Positions 58,214-64,000 of a stretch of 64,000 nucleotides of DNA are shown here, in pieces. Each line of letters opens with the position of its first letter. Positions within the stretch are counted from its first letter, which is position 1. The DNA is taken from NCBI GenBank assembly GCA_002335385.1, contig DCVK01000021.1, positions 137,635 through 201,634 on the forward strand, in the 5' to 3' direction. The notes beneath the pieces are model-generated. The model had not been told where the DNA came from. It did not search any database and worked only from the letters and a program-made list of their open reading frames with translations. The translations under genes were made by a program, and so were the position numbers. The stretch comes from Candidatus Aminicenantes bacterium UBA2190 (lineage in GTDB: Bacteria > Acidobacteriota > Aminicenantia > UBA2199).

Positions 58214-58627
58214 ATGTCTGAACAAATCAGGGTTCGTTGGGGCTGGCTCAAGGGAATGTATGTGTACACGATTGCTGTGGCGGGGTTTCTTGGCTTGGGA
58301 ATCATCGTCATGCCCGAAATGATCAGAACGAAGTTGCCATGGCCGGTTGCAGAACCAACGGCTTTCGGGGTTGTCGGCAGCATTTATGTGGCATGCGGAC
58401 TGCTGGCCATATTGGGACTGCGCTCTCCTCTCAAATTTGTGCCGCTTCTTTTGCTGCAGCTTTTCTACAAGTCCGTATGGTTCATCGGCGTCGCCTTGCC
58501 TCTCTGTGTCAGCGGCCATTTCCCGACTTATGCGCTGCCCATGGCGATCATCTTTGTAACGTTCATCATCGGAGATCTGATTGCAATACCTTTTTCATAT
58601 GTCTTTGCTAAAGAACCAAGTCAGTAA
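58214..58627 (+). CDS. hypothetical small membrane protein (4 TM)
   Basis: Hydrophobic helices. GGAAGGAGG RBS. Confidence 0.5.
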   Translation: MSEQIRVRWGWLKGMYVYTIAVAGFLGLGIIVMPEMIRTKLPWPVAEPTAFGVVGSIYVACGLLAILGLRSPLKFVPLLLLQLFYKSVWFIGVALPLCVSGHFPTYALPMAIIFVTFIIGDLIAIPFSYVFAKEPSQ

Positions 58628-58693
58628 AGGGCTGTTGGGGACGGAACGTTCCCCGGTTCTGTTCGTAGTAATGAGAACCAGATCAAGGATAAG

Positions 58694-59623
58694 GTGAACA
58701 TGAAAAGAGAATTCCGCATCGTTCTGCTGGCCGTGGTGATGGCGTCTGTCTTCTGGTTTGTCGGAGCGGAGGAAGAGCTCGTCGCTCCGCCTGCGCCCTA
58801 TTTCGGGCTGAAGGCGCCGGGAATGGTCCCGGAGGTGTTCGCCCCGGGAATCGTCTCGACCGGGCAGTTCGAGTTCGGGATTGCGTTTTCCCGGGATGGC
58901 AGGGAGTGCTTCTTCACCCGGCGCGCCACGTACGAGGGCGCGGACAACCGGATCTTGCGGACGCAAATGAGCGATAAAGGGTGGAGCCGCCCGGAGCCCG
59001 CCTCCTTCTCCCGCGACGTCTTCGAATTCCTCCCGGTCGTCTCGCCTGACGGCCGCCGGCTCTATTTCTATTCCGAGCGCCCCGAACCACCTGCGGATGC
59101 GGCGCTGGACGGAGATCTCTGGGTGACGGAGAAAGGGGAAACGGGCTGGGGCGATCCGCAGCGCCTGCGGGCGCCCGCCAACCGCAGGTATTGCATGATG
59201 GTCTCGGAGGCGAAGAGCGGGACGATCTATTTTTCAGGGATGTTCGCCGGGAAGAGGGGCATGTTCCGTGCCGCCTGCCAGGCGGGCGAGTATGGGGAAA
59301 TGGAACGCCTGCCCGAGGAGATCAATGCCATCCGGCCCGCCCACCCCTTCATCGCCCCCGATGAAAGCTACCTGATCATGGACGCCCAGGTAACGGGCAT
59401 GGGCCAGCCGGAACTCTTCATCAGTTTCCGCAAGGCGGACGGGAATTGGACTCGCGCGCTGAACATGGGGCAAGCGATCAACGCCACGAAGACCGAATTC
59501 GCCGCCAGCGTCTCACCCGACGGAAGATTCCTGTTCTTCCACCGTCGCGTGAACGGCAACGGGGATATCTACTGGGTCGATGCCGGGATCCTTGATGAAC
59601 TACGGGAAAAGATCAGGGACTAA
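58694..59623 (+). CDS. secreted TolB-like / WD40-like beta-propeller (PD40) repeat protein
   Basis: Signal peptide. Repeated ...SPDG(R)...F...FFxR/S... blades (SRDGRECFFT, SPDGRRLYFYS, SPDGRFLFFH). Confidence 0.6.
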   Translation: MNMKREFRIVLLAVVMASVFWFVGAEEELVAPPAPYFGLKAPGMVPEVFAPGIVSTGQFEFGIAFSRDGRECFFTRRATYEGADNRILRTQMSDKGWSRPEPASFSRDVFEFLPVVSPDGRRLYFYSERPEPPADAALDGDLWVTEKGETGWGDPQRLRAPANRRYCMMVSEAKSGTIYFSGMFAGKRGMFRAACQAGEYGEMERLPEEINAIRPAHPFIAPDESYLIMDAQVTGMGQPELFISFRKADGNWTRALNMGQAINATKTEFAASVSPDGRFLFFHRRVNGNGDIYWVDAGILDELREKIRD

Positions 59624-59815
59624 AGGGATGGACTGTTGATCCGATTATTCAAGGAAAGGATTAGGGACGGACGGCAACAAGGTAAGAACTAGAATGGAAC
59701 TCCGGGGCATGATCCGTAATCAGAGGGCATTTGGTGTAAGCATTATCGTATTCCTGCCATGAGAAAAAGTAATCATGCAAGACCTGTATTTCTTAATCCA
59801 AAGGGAGGCATCAAG

Positions 59816-60814
59816 ATGCGATTGATCTTCCTCGGCATTTTTTGCCTGGCGATCATCTTCTGTCCGGGCTTCGGGCAGAAAGACAAACCCGAAACGGAAG
59901 TGGGCTTTGCCGACGGCCACGTTCATGCCGGCTTTGCAAAAAAGGACGGCATCCTCGCCACGCGTTTCGCTTATTTCCAGCTCCAGGGCGTCAAGACCAT
60001 CTGCCTTTCCCTGCCGCTGGACAGTTCCAGGACCGCTGACCTGCGGGCGCGGATCAGCGGGGAGATCGCCGCGCTGCGCGAGCTCGCGAACAGGGAAAGG
60101 ACTTTCCGCCTGCTCCCGGGCGACGGCGGAACGCCGGGGCCGCCGGGGGAATTGGATGTGTTCCTGAGCGTGGAATATTTTCACGGCGCCTTCAACGGCG
60201 ACGCCGGCCTGGTGAACGCTTACAGGGACCTGGGCATCAGGGCTGTCACCCTCATCGACAATGACCGCGACCCGTTCTTTGCCGGGGGAGCGCTGACCCC
60301 GTTCGGGAAAAAGGTGATCGCCCTGATGGACGAATCGGGATTGCGGATCGACGTTTCACACCTGGACTCGGCCCAGAAGCTCGCGGTCATCGCGGCCGCC
60401 AAGTCGCCGGTCCTCGTTTCGCACACCAATGCGCGGAGCGTGGCCGATCTCGATTACAACATTCCGGATGAGGTCCTGGCGGCCTTGAAGAAGAACCGGG
60501 GCTCGGTCCTGGTCTCCTTCAACCGCAACGGCGTTTTCGCCGAAAACGGAGGGAGAAGCGGCGGCATCGCCCAACTGGCGGACCATATCGATCATTTCGT
60601 TGAATGGCTCGGCGTCGACCATGTCGGCATCGGCTCGGACTACCAGGCCGACGGCAGGTATGTGGCCGCGCCGCTGAACGAGCCCGACGCCTTCGGAAGG
60701 ATCGCCCGCGAGCTGGCCGGGCGCGGCCATGACGCGGCCGCGATCCATCAGATCATGTCCGCCAATGTCCGGCGATTATTTGGGGCTGGGGAAAAAGCGT
60801 ATAATTCGGAATAG
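59816..60814 (+). CDS. secreted membrane-dipeptidase (M19) family protein; second paralogue in window
   Basis: Signal peptide from the internal Met with AAGGGAGG RBS. HxH-type ligands (GHVHAGF), SHTNARSV, and GIGSDY motifs. Confidence 0.8.
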   Translation: MRLIFLGIFCLAIIFCPGFGQKDKPETEVGFADGHVHAGFAKKDGILATRFAYFQLQGVKTICLSLPLDSSRTADLRARISGEIAALRELANRERTFRLLPGDGGTPGPPGELDVFLSVEYFHGAFNGDAGLVNAYRDLGIRAVTLIDNDRDPFFAGGALTPFGKKVIALMDESGLRIDVSHLDSAQKLAVIAAAKSPVLVSHTNARSVADLDYNIPDEVLAALKKNRGSVLVSFNRNGVFAENGGRSGGIAQLADHIDHFVEWLGVDHVGIGSDYQADGRYVAAPLNEPDAFGRIARELAGRGHDAAAIHQIMSANVRRLFGAGEKAYNSE

Positions 60815-60862
60815 GCTGCACCTTCTCGAAGCAGCGCTGAAATAAAACCAGAGGAGACCGGA

Positions 60863-61516
60863 ATGGATTTTTATGAAGCGGTGAGGAAGCGGCGGACGGT
60901 CAGGGAGTTCGCGGACAGGGCGGTGCCCGAGGAAGCCCTGCGGCGGGCGCTGGCCGCGGGGCTGCGGGCGCCATGCAACGCCCACTTGAAGAGCTGGCAG
61001 TTCATCCTGCTCCGCGACCTGGAAAAGCGGGACAAGGCGGTCTTCGACGGACTGAAGGCCAGGGATATGAAGGATCCCGACGAGATCGAGCGCTTCGTCG
61101 CCCGCTTCGAGGAGCCGGAACTTAAAAAGGTCTACCGCCGCTCGCTGCCCCGGCAGCTGAGCATGATGCTGGAGGCGCCCGAGCTGCTGCTGGTGTGCTA
61201 CCGCATGAAGCCCCAGGACGAATGCCGCACCCTGTTCGAGCTGAACCCCCTGGCGTCGGCCTGGATGTGCATCGAGAACATCATGCTGGCACTGGCCGCC
61301 GAGGGGCTCTACGGCTGCACCTATACTCCCTACGAATCCAGGGGGCTGAAAAAGATGCTGGGCGTACCCGCGGGCTACGAGATCGCCGCGGTCATTCCTC
61401 TCGGCTATGCCGAGGAAGATCCCGGCGAGAACGAAACGGAGGACCTGGACGCGCGGCTGCACATTGACGGCTGGGAGCAGAAGACAGGGAGGAATGAGGG
61501 AAGCAGAAGCAAGTAA
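60863..61516 (+). CDS. nitroreductase-family (NADH-flavin oxidoreductase fold) protein
   Basis: RRTVREF N-terminal FMN-binding signature. Conserved ...IPLGYA... C-terminus. Confidence 0.85.
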   Translation: MDFYEAVRKRRTVREFADRAVPEEALRRALAAGLRAPCNAHLKSWQFILLRDLEKRDKAVFDGLKARDMKDPDEIERFVARFEEPELKKVYRRSLPRQLSMMLEAPELLLVCYRMKPQDECRTLFELNPLASAWMCIENIMLALAAEGLYGCTYTPYESRGLKKMLGVPAGYEIAAVIPLGYAEEDPGENETEDLDARLHIDGWEQKTGRNEGSRSK

Positions 61517-61548
61517 AAAGAACTTCCGCTCTTTCCCGAGGAGGAAAC

Positions 61549-62484
61549 ACGAAAAAAAAATTCGCATGGCCGCTGATCGCCGGGGCGCTTGTTCTCGCCG
61601 CCGCGGCAGGTTTTGCCCTAAGCGCGGGGAATGTCCCCGGCCGGGAAACGCTGCGCCTTGAAGTGGAGGCCGTCGCGCGGTCGATCGACGGCAAGCTGGG
61701 AGTGGCCATGTTGGGGCTGGAAACGCGGGAGAGCTTCCCGTTCAACGGAGACCACCGTTTCCCGATGCAGAGCGTCTACAAGTTTCCCCTGGCCATGGCC
61801 GTGCTCGAGTTGGTGGACAAGGGCCGGCTCTCCCTGGGCCAGGCCGTTCGCGTGGCCCCTGCCGACCTCCTGCCCGATACCTGGAGCCCGCTGCGCGACG
61901 CGAACCCAAGGGGCGATTTCGATCTCGCCCTGAGCGAGCTGCTGCGAGTCACCGTGTCCGAGAGCGACAACAACGGCTGCGATATCCTTTTCCGCATGCT
62001 GGGCGGCCCGGCGGCGGTCGACGCCTACGTCCGCGGTCTCGGCGTAGAAGGCATGGCCATCGCCGCCACCGAGGAGGAAATGCACCGCGTCCGCGATTCG
62101 CAGTTCAGCAACTGGTGCGAGCCGGCCGCCATGGCGCGGCTGCTCGACCTCTTTTTCCAGGGCGGGACCCATGCCGTTGCCAGCCGCGATTTCCTGATGC
62201 GGCTGATGATGGAGACCGCCACCGGACCCAAGCGCATCAAGGGCTTGCTGCCCTTGGGGACGCCGGTGGCCCACAAGACCGGTACGTCGTTCACCGATGA
62301 AAAAGGGTTGACGGCGGCCACCAACGACGTCGGCATCGTCACCCTGCCCGACGGGAGCCATGTCGCCATGGTCATTTTCCTGGCCGACTCCTCCGCCTCG
62401 CCGGAGGCCCGGGAAAACGCGATCGCCCGCGTCGCCCGGGCCGGGTTTGATTACTTCGCGGCGGCGAAACCCGGGAAAGAGTAG
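61549..62484 (+). CDS. bla: class A beta-lactamase; no canonical start codon in frame with its signal peptide
   Basis: S-x-x-K (SVYKF), SDN (SESDNN), E166-like EEEM, and KTG (HKTGTS) all present. The signal peptide KKKFAWPLIAGALVLAAAAGFALSA is in frame but preceded only by ACG at 61549, 4 nt after GAGGAGG. The first canonical start is GTG 61663, after the signal peptide. Confidence 0.75.
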   Translation, partial: TKKKFAWPLIAGALVLAAAAGFALSAGNVPGRETLRLEVEAVARSIDGKLGVAMLGLETRESFPFNGDHRFPMQSVYKFPLAMAVLELVDKGRLSLGQAVRVAPADLLPDTWSPLRDANPRGDFDLALSELLRVTVSESDNNGCDILFRMLGGPAAVDAYVRGLGVEGMAIAATEEEMHRVRDSQFSNWCEPAAMARLLDLFFQGGTHAVASRDFLMRLMMETATGPKRIKGLLPLGTPVAHKTGTSFTDEKGLTAATNDVGIVTLPDGSHVAMVIFLADSSASPEARENAIARVARAGFDYFAAAKPGKE

Positions 62485-62581
62485 GAGATTTTTGTCCGTT
62501 TCCGGGGTTTCGATTATGGATATTCGGATAATTTTGAAGTGAAGACGAAGATCGGCCCATGGCCGTTCAGGAAGGAGAACG

Positions 62582-62854
62582 ATGCTATACATGGCATATG
62601 AGAAATTCAAGGCGGCCGGGGCCAAAGAGGTCTATCGCCGATCGCGGGAAAAAGGCAGGATGCTGCCCCAAGGGCTGAATTATGTCTCAAGCTGGGTGGA
62701 CCTGGAGTTCAGCAGATGCTTTCAACTTATGGAGACCGAGGACTTTTCGCTGTTTTCAAAATGGACCAGCCAATGGCGGGACCTGGTGGAATTCGAGATC
62801 ATTCCGGTCAGGACATCGGCTGAAGCGATGACTTTGATGGAGCCGACCTTATGA
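62582..62854 (+). CDS. small hypothetical protein (DUF3303-like)
   Basis: 90 aa. N-terminal MLYMAYEKFK resembles the DUF3303 start. Weak support. Confidence 0.4.
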   Translation: MLYMAYEKFKAAGAKEVYRRSREKGRMLPQGLNYVSSWVDLEFSRCFQLMETEDFSLFSKWTSQWRDLVEFEIIPVRTSAEAMTLMEPTL

Positions 62855-62965
62855 ACGTGATAAAGTTTTCAGACACGTCTTGCTTTATGACCTTTCAAAA
62901 TTTGTAAAGTAAGGGACAGGAGGAGACGAATCCCTCCGCCCGGCAGCCCAGTGAAGGAGGTTCTC

Positions 62966-64000
62966 ATGGCCATCTCAACAATGTCTTTCCTCAGCAAGGC
63001 CAAGCGGCCGTTTTTCCTGGTCACAATCCTTTTCCTTCTGGCCGCAGCCCCGGCCTGGCCGGCCGCTGAAAACGAGTTCCTTACCCGCGAGGCCAGGGAG
63101 GCCATCGTGAAGCGCGTCGCTTCCGAATTCCGGGCCAAATATTTTCCCGCGCAGCTGGCCGAGGCCATGGCGGCGAACCTCGAGCGCAGCTTTGCCGCCG
63201 GGGCCTACGACGGGTTCGGGGATATCCCGGCGTTGGCGGCCCGCCTGCAGGAGGATTTGCGTTCGGTGTCGCGCGATCTGCACGTAAAGGTACTGCCCGG
63301 CGTGATCCCGGATTTCGACTCCGATGCCGAAATGCTGCGGCGGGAGAACTACGGCTTCACCGCCGTCGAGGTGCTGTCGGGAAACATCGGCTATGTCGAC
63401 TTCTTCCAGTTCTACGCGGTCAGGGATGCCGGGGCGACGGCCATCGCCGCCATGAACTTCGTGGCCAACTGCGACGCGCTCATCGTTGACCTGCGCAGCA
63501 ACGGCGGCGGCTACCCCGAGCTGCGTTCGCTGATCTGTAGCTATTTTTTCGACGAGCCCAAGCGCCTGATCGACTTCCACGGCCGCGACGGCGTCACCCA
63601 GAACTGGACCCTGCCTCACGTGCCCGGCCGACGCCTGCCCGCTGTCCCTCTCTTTGTGCTGATTTCCCGCAACACCTTTTCCTGCGCCGAGGATTTTGCC
63701 TTCTGCCTGCAGGGCCTGGGCCGGGCGACGGTCATTGGCGAGAACACTCGCGGAGGGGCCCATGACGCGAAATTGTGGGCCTTCCCTGCGGAAGGGATCT
63801 CTCTGCAGATCCCGTTCAACGAAGCGGCCGATCCCAGAACCGGGAAAAACTGGGAAGGAGAAGGGATCAAGCCCGACGTGCCGATGCCGGCCCGCAAGGC
63901 GCTGCCGGCAGCATGGCGCCTGGCCGCGCAGGCCCTGCTGAAGGAGGAGAAGGACCAAGGGCGGCGCTTCCTGCTCGAATGGATCGTCCAGGATTGCGGC
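62966..64000 (+). CDS. S41-family (tail-specific / C-terminal processing-like) peptidase, 3' end truncated by the window
   Basis: Signal peptide. Peptidase_S41 core (...IVDLRSNGGG...) with a catalytic Ser/Lys context. GAAGGAGG RBS. Open to the window end. Confidence 0.7.
   Translation, partial: MAISTMSFLSKAKRPFFLVTILFLLAAAPAWPAAENEFLTREAREAIVKRVASEFRAKYFPAQLAEAMAANLERSFAAGAYDGFGDIPALAARLQEDLRSVSRDLHVKVLPGVIPDFDSDAEMLRRENYGFTAVEVLSGNIGYVDFFQFYAVRDAGATAIAAMNFVANCDALIVDLRSNGGGYPELRSLICSYFFDEPKRLIDFHGRDGVTQNWTLPHVPGRRLPAVPLFVLISRNTFSCAEDFAFCLQGLGRATVIGENTRGGAHDAKLWAFPAEGISLQIPFNEAADPRTGKNWEGEGIKPDVPMPARKALPAAWRLAAQALLKEEKDQGRRFLLEWIVQDCG

Overview
This is a high-GC (about 63-65%), gene-dense bacterial chromosome segment, apparently from a diderm organism: kdsA/kdsD/kdsC, a porin with pstS, and outer-membrane beta-barrel proteins are present. 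The first ~50 kb is mostly housekeeping. It carries a TPR lipoprotein, an Rrf2 regulator, a cell-envelope operon headed by a serine-palmitoyltransferase-like enzyme, bacterioferritin, htpX, grpE-dnaK-dnaJ-rsmE plus a Ser/Thr kinase, and a phosphoglycerate mutase. It also carries xerD, ndk, a STAS/RsbW/RsbU partner-switching module, purA, rlmN, thiF/thiS, a dipeptidase-patatin-YkgJ operon, a methylmalonyl-CoA-mutase large subunit, AraC and TetR regulators, kdsACD, folP, cca and mfd. From about 50.3 kb to the end the content turns accessory: a small secreted Cys protein, a NYN+OST-HTH nuclease-like protein, a large DUF5916-type outer-membrane protein, a DNA-alkylation-repair protein, membrane proteins, a Phd/Doc toxin-antitoxin pair, a second M19 dipeptidase, a nitroreductase, a class A beta-lactamase and an S41 peptidase. 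The most unusual thing I can see directly is a set of modular intergenic elements. Each is about four tandem copies of a 6-, 7- or 11-nt unit with one variant copy. They occur as long imperfect hairpins at convergent gene ends and as single arms just upstream of consecutive accessory genes. One family, (CTGACA)n with overlapping TGACAcTGTCA palindromes, recurs at least eight times between 50.2 and 58 kb. I found no tRNA, rRNA, CRISPR array, transposase or integrase-associated attC sites.
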